Source: Paragordius varius
Lineage: Eukaryota; Animalia; Nematomorpha
Assembly (NCBI GenBank): GCA_964247055.1
Contig: OZ176051.1
Span: 10,292,001-10,356,000 of the forward strand
Reading direction: 5' to 3'
DNA length: 64,000 nt
The notes under the pieces are model-generated. The model searched no databases. It saw only the letters and a program-made list of their open reading frames with translations, and was not told the DNA's origin. Below, piece by piece: positions 26,635-38,436 of this stretch. A program made the position numbers and the translations under genes. Position 1 is the stretch's first letter; each line of letters starts with the position of its first letter.

Positions 26635-27113
26635 TTATACGGAATAAGAATGTTCAGTGGATATATTTTGAGATGATTCAATAGTAATTTGAGAATTTGT
26701 ATGATTGGAATTATGTTGGTCGATCTTCCTGCTATCGTCTGTATCCTTTTTAACCTCAAACTTAATTTTCTGTAAATACATAACTAAACCATTATAAAAT
26801 AAATTAACTTTTCTGTTCTAATAGCCTATTTTGTTTTTGAATTTCTTCAATATCCATTTGATCATTCTTAGTTTGAGAGATCAATGCTTGTAAATATTCA
26901 GTGGCCTTTTTCAAAATTTGAGCTCTTGATATCTAAAATTTAATAAAACTATACCTTTGATTTATGTATAATAGGTACAACGTCTCTTAAGCTATGAAAA
27001 CTGTCCTTAATGTGATCTCTACGTTTTCTTTCAAGGGCATTATGGTGGGCACGTTTACCGTTCTAAAATTAAAATTGATATTCTACATTAATTTTTGCTG
27101 TAAGATAATCCAT
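26635..27113 (-). CDS. MAX: Myc-associated factor X (bHLH-ZIP), 4 exons, 135 aa
   Basis: complement(27087-27113, 26955-27062, 26809-26932, 26635-26783) is open: [52 protein letters not shown]. Introns are 24, 22 and 25 nt. Confidence 0.93.
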
Positions 27114-29459
27114 TTTTTTGGACGTAAACTTTGAAGGTTATTCGTTCTTTGTCATGTTGCTTTTGTTCAAAAATCACGTTATTTTTTGTATGTCGCCAAA
27201 ATTATACCGCTAGGTCATAATAAATTTTCATTATTTTATTTTTTTTTATGTGAGGCTAGAAACAAAAATTAAAATAATTGCTAATTTATTTTTTTTAAAA
27301 TTCGTGAGTTTTAATAACTTGGGGAAACATGCTATAAAAAAGTTAGAATTCGTATGGCGTTTTGGTTGTGGGAATCTTTTTGGTAAACAACCCTGCATAT
27401 GGGAAATCGCAATAGAATTCGCTAAAATTAATGCATACTCCATTTAACATTACCCTAGTTACGTTTTTGGGGTATCAGAGCTTAATTCTGTAAATAAACT
27501 ACTGTTTTGAAAGTTATTTTAGCTAAAATTAATTAGAAACATTGTTATTATTTATTAAATAAAAAAGTTTATATTTCTACAGTTTTGTTCTTTGAAGCAA
27601 AATTGTGACACCCCCAACACGACGATTGAAACAAACTGATATTAAAATTAAAATATATCGAGTTTTTGCTGATTGTTAATTCTTTACCTATCAAAATATA
27701 CCTTATTTCGACTGTTGCGTTAGCGGATTAAAAAAATTTAAGAGATGGGCAAAAAGTTTGATATGAGGATTTTTATATAACATTTTTTAAATTTGTATAA
27801 TGCGCTTAAAAGTTCGGCCTATTACCTTAAATTCTAAAAATATTTAAACTTCAAATCACTCTTGGATATAAAACTACTCTAACAGGCCGTGTAATAAAAT
27901 TTTGAGATGATAAAAACGTCCAGCATCATGAATTATATAATAAAGTGTTTTTATTATATCCCAAACGCCCTGTTTTCACCATGCACGATAATCTTCACAA
28001 ACCTTTGCCCATAAATTAAATTTTTAAGCAAAATATATATTTTTACCAAAACTTTCTCTGAACTCAAAATTTACCATTAATTTGTATTTTTAAGAAAAGT
28101 AGCACATTTTAAAAGGTTAATAACATTTAGCCCGGTAAGAATTAATAAATATTTGCCTTTTATAGATTTAATTTTTAGAATGAAGCATTTAACTTTCACC
28201 AAAAAAATTTTAATTAACAATATATGCTAAAAATTGCCATTTTCTGATATAGCAATCACAAAAGTCTGAAAAAAAATAACTCGCAAGCGCCAAAACCAAA
28301 AGCACCACATTTTCTTATCATATAAACTTTATCAGGATATTTTGTATACCCCGCGATTTAACGCTGTATTATAAAAATTGAATATTTAACCAAAAGTTCC
28401 CATTTGTGGTGATTTATAATATTAATAAACAAGTTTTGGAGTTTGCTAAATTTTAGATTCTAGCACCTGTAAAATTATATATATTTTATTATATAGGACA
28501 ACAATATTCAATTAAAATCACAAATAAAAAAATAGGTAATTACTTAAGCTCTGTGGTAGGCAGCTCTCTTGGTTAAAATTAGAATCGGAAATTAATAAAA
28601 GCCAAATAAAAGATTAAATATATTTAAATAGATTACCTAGGGATATATCATTTTTAACAGCATTTATCAATCGAGCGTGAAATTACTAGTCACTTGGATT
28701 TTAACGCTATAAATTTTTTAGACTCTAGATCTGTTTACAAAATTCAAAATAATTTAATAAATATTATCAGAGAAAAGGTATCAGAATTCTCATGGTGCTT
28801 TGGTTTTTAGGGCCAGATATAAAGGAGTTGTTTTGACTTTTGTTGCAATTCCTCCGTATCGAAAAATCGATGCTTAATATTATTTTTGGTGAAAAGGTGA
28901 ATCATTTCTCCATATATATAAAATATAATTATTAACTATATTATTAGCTAGCTTTATTTCTACAGATTTGGCATCTTAAGTCTCAAATTTTTGGTACACT
29001 CAAATATGGGACTAAAATACAAGCTAAAATGCAGAGATTGCTCGATAATCTTTTAATATACACAGTGTACACAAAAAATATAATAATATAATTTATAAAT
29101 TCGAATGTGTATCAGGAATCTCATGGTGCTTTTTTGGGGGCTTTTAGTGACATAAGAAGTTATTTACGCTTTTGCGGTAATCCAAATAGGAAAATGGCAA
29201 AATTTGAGCACAATTTTCGTAATAAATTTTTTGCTGAATGCTATATGCTTCATTCCAAAATATTTTACTAAAATATATCATAAACTACTTATAAAAAGCA
29301 AAACAATATTTAATTTTTAGGTGCGGGCTCCGAAAGTCCCAAATTTTTTTTGCTTCTCCAAGACAGGTTTGTTCTTTTTAAATAAATGATTACGCGATAA
29401 AATTTATAACAGAGTTAAAATTTGACCCAATTAAAATGAGCGAACATTGTTTAGAAACA

Positions 29460-29900
29460 TTAGGCTATATATTTAGGAGTGGAAATTAATAATAATAATA
29501 CAATACCAGAAATATAACGAGGACTAGCCATAGCCAGGGCTAAAAGGAAGTCGTATCGCAAGATATAAGCTACACAAAAATAACCAAAACTACCAATATA
29601 AAAATTTTAAATACCATAATATTCCCAGCTGCGAAAGCTGGGTTTGCAAAATCTAATTAAAAAGTTATGCAATCTTTTAAGCAAACTTGCAGGAAAACTT
29701 GTTAAAAGATGGACGACAAACGCACTAATGAATGGGTCCGCAATACAATCAACTCTAAGACCTTCAAATGATAACAAAACGGAGATTAGGCTACTTTGGG
29801 TACGTCATCCGCAAAAACGAATTGGGGAAAACAATCATGTAGAGGGTAAGCGTTAAAGAGGCAGACCCAGAAAAAGATTGTCACAATAATTAACAGACGA
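29460..29900 (+). mobile_element. Decayed RTE LINE 3' fragment
   Basis: Reads LQMITKRRLGYFGYVIRKNELGKTIM..EGKR*RGRPRKR, matching the RTE C-terminal KRKLRYFGHVxR..EGKRxRGRPRKRW. Confidence 0.7.
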
Positions 29901-32261
29901 CACCCACTTTACGGTTTTAATCTAATTAATTTACCCTCAGACAGATTTCACGAAATTCATCAAAAGTTTAAACTAACTATGTCATTCATTTATTGATATT
30001 TACAAAAGAATCAAAATCTTTAATGAATCCTAAGCTCCAAGATTTACAAGTACCATGAATCCTGATGCATTTTTCTGCATATACAGTCCACAGGGGGCGC
30101 AAAACATCTAAAGAAAAAACATATATTCGGATAAATTTAGGCTCCAATATTATCATATGATTTTGATTGGAGCCTTACAAGCCATTTAACAGAATTGTTT
30201 TACTTTTGTGGTATATGCTTCATAACGAAATTTTGTGATTCACTAAAGATTCAAACAAATATTTAATATAAAATAGCTTTTCAAACAAACAATGCATATC
30301 ATATACGGACCTACTTGTAGTGCAAAATGCTCTATCACGGGCTAAAAATTTAATTTTTTATTAGTTTTTTTGTATATTATTTAAATTTTTTTATAATAAC
30401 TACATATATATAAATTGATAATCGCCTTCAACAATGCATTTATAATGAATCCGAATTCCCTACTTCTATGTCTTTAATTTTGAAGGCGGAGAAAAAGGGC
30501 CTATAAAAATATATCAAATGAAAACACTTTTCTCAATAATGTTTTTATAACCTAACAATGCATTTATCATTTTGCAGCTGAAAAAGTTAAAAGGCGTGTT
30601 CTTTAATTTTTAAACAAATATACTTGTATAACCGTTTCGTTAATTAAATCAAAAGGTGCTTAATATAGTATAATTTAGAGATGATAAACTAGCAACCAAC
30701 CAAGCCGTTGTTATCCAACCGGTCGACCAGCATTTGATACCTACCTTAATTTTTTCCTTTGTAAAGTTTTATCTTTTAAGCTACAATTTTATTTAAATCT
30801 TAAAAACCACGTTGCGATTTTGAGAATTTCAGTTTTGTTTCAACTTTTTCCGACATCGTTTCCGGTGTCAATACATAATTTATTAAATACATTGTCTATC
30901 ATAAGATGTTGCAAAAATCATCCTTTTCAATTAATTCTATGGATGGGTGACTAGATTTATCTAAATCTGATTATTTGACTATCATGACAAAAATAAAGCA
31001 TTGCATTTTATATTATTAAAATAAAATAATATGAAATAGTTGGAAATTGGCTCATGAATTTCAAATTATATTGAAAAGAGAAAATTAATCACTTTTTGTC
31101 AGTAAAATTTAAGAGTGGTGTTGATATATGGTTCTCACATAAGTTGAAAAATACAAATTAACTAAAATACTAAAAAAAGGTTATTATCATATCTATATAA
31201 ATATATTAATGTGCGCATGAATAAATAATTTTTTAATTTATATTTCAACTCTTGTGTGATGGCTCAGTAAAAAATAATTTATAGAGCAATAACTCATCAC
31301 ATATCATATTTATTAAAAGTTTAATTTCCATGACGCAGTTTGGTTTTTTTATGGTTGACATCAAAATAAAATGCGTAAATGAAAGTTAAAATTATATTTC
31401 AATTTTTTCTTCTGTATCGTACATTAACATAATTTAAAATACTTTTTTCGAAAAAAATAATTTTATACCCCCTAAACAAGCCTTGCCAATTATGGCAAAA
31501 CAGAATATATCCGTTATAGGTATAAATGGTTCCGGTTCCTATTAGGGTTGTACTGTACATATGTATCCAATTATAATAATAATAATAATAATAAAAATTA
31601 GTAATATATGTGACATGGTAAATTGATTATGGTAATAAGACATATAAAAATATATCAATGTTGTTTTGAATAGGTTTGGTTGGGTACGTAATTTAACGGT
31701 AAAGAACGGTGGTTTAGTAAATAAATAGAACTTCTGCCAATCGTCATAACTTAAATGATAAAATACACCAAAAAATGCTAGAAAAAATGGTATTCAATTG
31801 AATTTTGGTTCAAATATTTTAATCTTAAATACAAATTTTACACATAATTTAAGTATAATTGTTTTCGGCAATTCAAAAATTAGGTTATAAACAACTGGCA
31901 ATGTTAAACAACAAGGAAACACTTAAAATATGATTTCTCCTGCCATGCTGCCAATTTTAATGAACGATTTAGTAAAGAAACTGGGTAATAAATAAATTAA
32001 TCTGATTTTATATCGCAAACCCTTAATAAGAATAACTATCCTCATTTTTATTTTGTTGCAAATATTGAGAGCCAATATGAGTGAATTTAAATGCAGAAAA
32101 ACTTTGCCCTTGAAGCTTAAAAGGGCATATAATTCCATGGTTTTAAATCATTTACACTGCGAACCTGATTTTGTATGTCCATTAATTTTCTTGCTATGCA
32201 ACAAAGGGTAAAAGGGTCTCTAATAACTAAATTTTAAACAGTTAGCATTCATCATGTTTAA

Positions 32262-32828
32262 CACTTCGATTCGAATTGGGGTGTCTAAATACCCCAGACT
32301 AAATTTAAGTTAGGATTTGAAAAAACTACTGAAGGAAACGGTCCCAATTTAAATTTATGCTTCTAATAAAAATTATATAAATATGTTAATATATCTAAAT
32401 AAAATTTTGTTTTGAAAAAAAAGTTCCATGTCAAACTACTTCGACTCCTTTTTATTTTACAAAATTTTTGCAAAATATCGTCTTCATTTAATTTTAAGAG
32501 TAAATATAAAGCTAAGTTTTTGTTTAAATTACATCTGATATTGATAGAAATAAAAAAAGCCGTTTATTTTGTGATAATTTTTAATTTTACCATTTCACAC
32601 ATGTCACGTTGACGAAATTTTTACCTTTCGGTTTTAGCTTAAAATAAGTAATATCAAGTATTTTTTGAATAAAATTTTTTTATATTTCGGTGTATTAATG
32701 TTATATAAGTGCAAATTGCCATTGTTTTGATTCCTTCCATATTTTTTAAATTTAATTTTAAACAGACCTGGGGTATCCAACTACCCAATTTGAATCGAAG
32801 GACTGAAATGAATGTGTTGTATCAAGTG
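32262..32828 (+). mobile_element. piggyBac-like MITE (family C), copy 1
   Basis: TTAA|CACTTCGATTC..GGGG ... CCCAATTTGAATCGAAG(insert)AAGTG|TTAA, with TTAA on both sides. Confidence 0.8.
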
Positions 32829-34244
32829 TTAATAAATTGGTCAATAAAAAATAACAAATACGTGTCCTTTATAGATTAATTTATAATATTATTTGCATAA
32901 TTTTTATTTCATATACAATTATCTATGCCCTGTCGCGCGTCACAGTGACATGGTCGAATATTATTTTCTAAGCAAGATATTGAAGATAAAATGGGGGCAC
33001 AGGAAAGATTAATATGAACCTATGTTTCTAGTGAATAATAACTCATTCGTCCAATTAATTTTACTACAGTTCTTCAGATTTATATACTGCGTTTTATATT
33101 TTTAATGATATTCTTTTCAATTAATACTTTTTTTTAATTAATTTATTTGCTAGCCCCCAAAATTATGACTAATTTAATTAAAGACATTTATATATTTGAT
33201 AAATTCCACAATCTATTCAAAAGGAGTAGATACTCACTAGTAATGGAATTTACTTAGAGTTGATGTTATATCCCCTCAATATTTCCCGTTGCCTCACGCG
33301 ATTTTACTAGATAGAAGCGTATTATGCGTCTACAAGTGCTGACTGAAAAAGCTCTATATTCAAATTTAACATTCACAAAACAAATAACCAAGATTCTAAA
33401 AACAAATTTGGTTTAGCAAATTTGGGGAATCTTACAAAAAAGTTATATTTTACAGGGCTAACCTATTATATGGTTCTCTACGACTTGAGATTCATTGAGA
33501 GTTAGCTCATATGTATAGTTAAGACAAACTCAAACTGGACTAATTCAGTACTTTCTTTCTAAATATTGTGCATTGTTTGAATCTTACTTTTGATATGTTA
33601 ATTTATTTATGGATATTTGAGAACAAATATTTATAGTATTTTAATCAATAAGCCAATCATTGTATTAAAATTACCTGGTAATTAGGTTAATTTGTTAATA
33701 AAATGAAATGAAATGGGTATGTTAGTCTATTTGCATCCAAGTTGTTATTTATGAAAGCCATTTAAATATTATAATTTTTTTTACATATTTGATGGAATAA
33801 TTATAATAGCTTTAATCATAAATAATTTATTAATTGCTTCTAGGCTTATTAAAAAATAAATCATTGGTTATATAAGTTCTAATTCTAGCTGGATAAGAGA
33901 TTTTAATATAAACGCGCATACAATAATTCGCTGAAAATATGAATTATGATAGCAATTAAGACAAAATCTGTGAAAAATTGGAAGTCAATTTTTACCAAAT
34001 CTGATATGTTTAATTCTGCGAATTCTTGATGTAAGAAATATATTTGTGGTATAATATATCCAAATAAGTTTTAGCTTTTACTTTGATATAAAAAGGTATT
34101 TTTATATAAACATTAGGTCGATTGAAAGCTTAAGATATGTCATTTTTATTAGACTATAGAGAGTATTAAATTTATGTCAGATAGATATAAATATATATGC
34201 AAATCAACAAAAAAAGATTTCGATAGAGAAATCTACGTATCAGT

Positions 34245-34441
34245 CAGTGGAGGAGCTAAAGGGGGAGGGGAGGCTGAGGCACCGGGTGTCATAGTAAAGG
34301 GGTCCCCGAATTATAAATTTTTTTATTTTATATAAAAAAAACACCCATTTATGAGTGGTCACGGTTAAAATTTAATTATTTTTTTAAAATGTTAGGGGTT
34401 GTATGGGGAAGGAAGGGGTGGTAATACAAGCTACGCTACTT
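34245..34441 (+). mobile_element. hAT-like MITE (family F, CAGTGGCGTAGCT-type TIR)
   Basis: Ends CAGTGGAGGAGCTA / AGCTACGCTACT. Internal cacccatttatgagtggtcacgg is shared, inverted, with 47717-47963. Confidence 0.6.
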
Positions 34442-37156
34442 TTAGATTTTATGCTGTTTTACATGTGGGGGTATTTTTGCCTTTTTTGCGAGAAGCTCTT
34501 GATCTCAAAAAAAATGTGTTTATCTTATAAAATATTAGTATTATATTAATAAACGTACAACTTTCAAACATGGTTAAAAAAGCTCGGCAAGTTCGCAGTA
34601 TTTTGAAAGAATCCATGCCACTGCGAAATGTTCCTGATAAAACTTGTACGGTTTAATTATAAAAGCTTTAAAAATCAATTTTTCTCGATCCAAGCTTTGT
34701 TATAGATTAAAGTTCTTTATTCTTGTAAAATATTTGTCAGAACTAGGGTTGCGCATTTGACTTTTTCAAAAAAGTCCTGTTAGACCCAGTCAGACCATGG
34801 TCATGACCAGTCATGACCACTTTTGTAAATAAATATCATGCGATATTGGATGGAAATAATGTTTGAACGACACTTGCGTTTTTCACTAATAATGTCATGT
34901 TTTTTCTCAAAAGTCTGTGTTATACATTTTTTTGATATTTATTATTTACAAATATTTTCAATCAAAGTTATCAAGAATTTTTGTTTCAAATAAATTTTGC
35001 CACATGCTTGTGGCCTTCTGAATCTTCAAATAAATAAAATTTAACCAGCTTGTTTTACACTTTCTTTCATCATTGAAATATCCAATTATAAAATGTTTTT
35101 ATTTTATTGGTTTACATATATGGAATAATTGTATATTTTGCAAAGTGCTTATTTTATTGTTTTTCGAAATAACTGGATGTGGTTAAATGCTAATGTAATA
35201 AGGATGCATGTTTGACAATTTTATATTGTTAAATTAGCATATTTAAATAAATTTATAATAAAAAATTATTAAAAAACAATTAAATCTTACTATCTCTCTT
35301 TTAAAAAAATTACCACCAATTTTTCAAAACAGCTGTTTTTTAAATGACAATGGTCAAAAAATTAATGGTCAACTAGTCAGAACCATACGTTTGTCGAAGT
35401 CGTTCTTCTCTGACATAGTATTTTAACCCATTATGCCCTCTTTTTTTGCGTTTATAAATTTAAATTTTTTGCTATGGTGTTACAGTATCAATTCTAATAC
35501 TAAATTGCCAAATTAAAATAATTCTTTTTATAAAATAACTTATGTTTTTAGGGATTTTTGAAATTGTTTAAACTGATCCATATCCATCTAAAAATTGAAT
35601 ATTATATTCCATGGACATCGATGGAAAAAATCATTACTATGTGTTTTAGATTTAAAATTGGGCGTTCTTTAATTCATTTAAATCGATACGAAAGTTGACC
35701 TTAATATAACACTTTGTACTTGTAGAATAATATTAGTAATTATTTAAAAGTTTACTTGTTTTTTAACTAACGTTTATTCGAAAATTAGAGTCATACCAAC
35801 TGGGGAAAAGACGTAACACAGTTTTCATTTCTACATTTATCTAAATTGATTTCTAACTGTAAAATAAGGCAAAAACATTCAAAAAAATTAAAAAAATGTT
35901 ATATGCACCACTTAAAAATTAAACTTTAAATTATTGTTCTTGTTATTCACATTTTATTTTTAATATCTTAAAGTTATAGTTTTTTAACTAAAGGACATAT
36001 TACTGCTGGATATCGTTTTCAAGCTTTTTATTCATTCTGCTTATTGAGCGTTGATCACCACCCAAATATTGTCAATATTCATTATACCGCCATTTAAAAT
36101 TAAACCAGAATTTTAAAGCAAGGTGCATAATGTGGGACGAAGGTTTCTCTAACCAGCTGGTAAAATAGTCGAGATAGGTGAAGTTTCTTTCATAATTATC
36201 GATTTCAAGTGCTAAAAATCTCACCAATATAACACAAACGATTAAAACTAAATGCGATTTAGGCTGTCACTAATTTTTTTCATAGTAAAAACTAGTCTAT
36301 TCAGCAAAATGTATAACTATACATATTTTTTAAATATTTTTTAATGTCAAACAGGATTTCGTGCAAAGACATAATTTGTTTTGCATTAGCTTTTATTTCA
36401 AATTATACATATTGCATTCCTTTTATACAGTAAAGGCCCAAAAAGCATATAAAATAGTGATTGATTTAATATTCCATTTATAGGCCATTTATTTTATATA
36501 CTTTGTTGGTATTCACGTCATTTTAAATGGTACGTATTTATCGGAAAATCAAATATAAATGCTAATATATCTCTGTCTATTCCATCACATTAAATTTTAT
36601 CATAAAAATTATTACACACTAAAATTTATAGTCATTTTTTTTAATATATATATGTCTATACATAAAAATAAATTAATTTTACAGTTTATTCTGCATATGA
36701 TTAATATTTTTGAAATAAAATAAACGAAACAAAGTTTGTTTAGAAATACAATTCTAAATAAATTAATTTTTTTCTGTTTTATGACTTATTTTGTTTAAGC
36801 TTATATTGGAAACCACGGTTTTGTTAAGGATTCCTATTGTACAGTTGTTATCTACTATAACTTTGAATAATATATATTTTTTTAAAACAAAAAATATAAA
36901 ATAAATAGCTAATAAAAAAAAGGTTAATATATCTCATACCATCAATAAAAATGTATTTATTGGTCACAATTTCAATATTTTTTTAAATATTTTATACAGA
37001 TAAATAAATTAATGTTAGTTGTTAGCTGAAATAAGCAGATATAAAATTATGCTTATGTAAGAGTATGATTTTAAATATATTAAAATATATTATAATATAC
37101 GTTAATTTGAACAAAAAATGTAAAAACAAACAGATATAATGCTTTTCTCACATATA

Positions 37157-37434
37157 AAGTAAAAATTGAAATTATACGGACAAAATGTAAAAATAAAAGA
37201 CAATTTTTTTTTTCAAAAAACAACATACTATTTTAAACCTTAATCTATCCTATCAAAAACACTTAATTACAATTGTAAAATACATAACTGATTGTTTTAC
37301 CAATTTACATTTCTATAGTCTGCTTTGTAATTTAAAAAAGTGAGTTATATAATATTAAAAAAATATGGTTATCTTTTAAAAAATATTTGTGTTTATATTT
37401 TCACGTTTTGTCCGTATAATTTCAATTTTTTCTG
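37157..37434. mobile_element. Tc1/mariner-like MITE family D, 36 bp downstream of the prohormone stop codon
   Basis: TA-flanked TIRs aagtaaaaattgaaattatacggacaaaa / ttttgtccgtataatttcaattttttctg. Confidence 0.7.
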
Positions 37435-37470
37435 TAATAAACATAAATAAATATAAATGGAAAGAAAGAG

Positions 37471-38436
37471 TTAAACATTTCGACTTTCAATCGGTTTAAG
37501 GCGTAAAAAAGCTTTTTTCTCTAATCTACCCCTTTGCACTTGATTTTTACTCTCGGGATAAAAATTCCCATGAATGTATCCTTCTTCGTCTTCTGCTTCT
37601 TGAAAATCATTGGTATTGAAATTACGGTGTTGACGTTTAACTTCATCCCTTGTGTTCATGGGTGAAAGTCGTAGGAAAGCACGCTTCATTAATTCATTAT
37701 TATTACCGCTAACGTCGATTTCACGTTTCCATTGATCAGTTAGGGGGTAGAGGCTAAGGAACGGTCGTTTATTTTTACCGGTTGAGAAAGCATTATTATA
37801 ATCTTCTTCCGTTTTCTGAACTACACCGCCATTTTCATAATTGGGGTTCAATGCAATACTTGGTGATGAGACAAACAGAGTTTGAGGTATGTCATACTCC
37901 TCACTGGCTTTATTGGCATCAAAAAAGGCGGACACTTTGGCCCTTCTATCCAACGGGTTTCGCACCATAAAAAAAGCTCTCTTATCCATTGCGTTCCTAA
38001 CATCGGCATCGCCGTAAGGCAAAAACCCATTGTAGGTATATCCCCGTTTAGAAAATACGGGTTGAACCTTGAGAAAAGCTCTCTTAGCAAACGGTTGTTG
38101 GATTTTAAGGAATGCTCTTTTGCCCAAGGCCGGATTTATTCGCATAAATGCCCGCCGTTCAAAAGCCGGTTTGATTTTCATGAAGGCGCGCCCTTGTCGT
38201 TCCATCAAACTCATTAGCTGGTAATCATCAGGCGATAACAATTGTCGTTTATGTCTCCCATGCGATTCTAAACCTTGTTGAGTCAAAAATGAGTTATCAT
38301 GGGTTAAAGGGTTAGCGTTTACATCAATCAAAGTTTTATCCCCATTCGTTTTAGCGAACGTTTTGTCAAAAATTAAAATGCCGCAGAATATTAGTGTCAA
38401 ATAGAGATATAGGATGCCAACTTTAATTTTTTTCAT
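37471..38436 (-). CDS. Neuropeptide-type prohormone (321 aa, single coding exon) with repeated AF[LMF][RK][ILV]..P peptides
   Basis: The true start is Met29 of the listed ORF (ATG at 38436). A signal peptide (MKKIKVGILYLYLTLIFCGILIFDKTFA) is followed by about a dozen dibasic sites releasing AFMKIKPAFE, AFMRINPAL(G), AFLKIQQPFA, AFLKVQPVFS, AFFMVRNPLD, PFLSLYPLTDQW, AFLRLSPMNTRDEV and AFLRLKPIESRNV. Confidence 0.92.
   Translation of the reverse strand: MKKIKVGILYLYLTLIFCGILIFDKTFAKTNGDKTLIDVNANPLTHDNSFLTQQGLESHGRHKRQLLSPDDYQLMSLMERQGRAFMKIKPAFERRAFMRINPALGKRAFLKIQQPFAKRAFLKVQPVFSKRGYTYNGFLPYGDADVRNAMDKRAFFMVRNPLDRRAKVSAFFDANKASEEYDIPQTLFVSSPSIALNPNYENGGVVQKTEEDYNNAFSTGKNKRPFLSLYPLTDQWKREIDVSGNNNELMKRAFLRLSPMNTRDEVKRQHRNFNTNDFQEAEDEEGYIHGNFYPESKNQVQRGRLEKKAFLRLKPIESRNV

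Noticed and set aside
26761-26808. Truncated MAX ending EQKKN* via the acag acceptor at 26770
   Set aside because: The nearer tttag acceptor at 26784 (25-nt intron) gives IMYLQK, matching the conserved VRALEK zipper extension, and a full frame.
30700-30960. FSKSQRG-like motif suggesting a Mutator/FLYWCH relic
   Set aside because: The match is too short and interrupted by stops to support a call.
37782-38217. Alternative-frame and antisense ORFs overlapping the prohormone (also 59817-60212 opposite CGRRF1)
   Set aside because: Shadow ORFs of GC-richer coding sequence with no domain or motif support.
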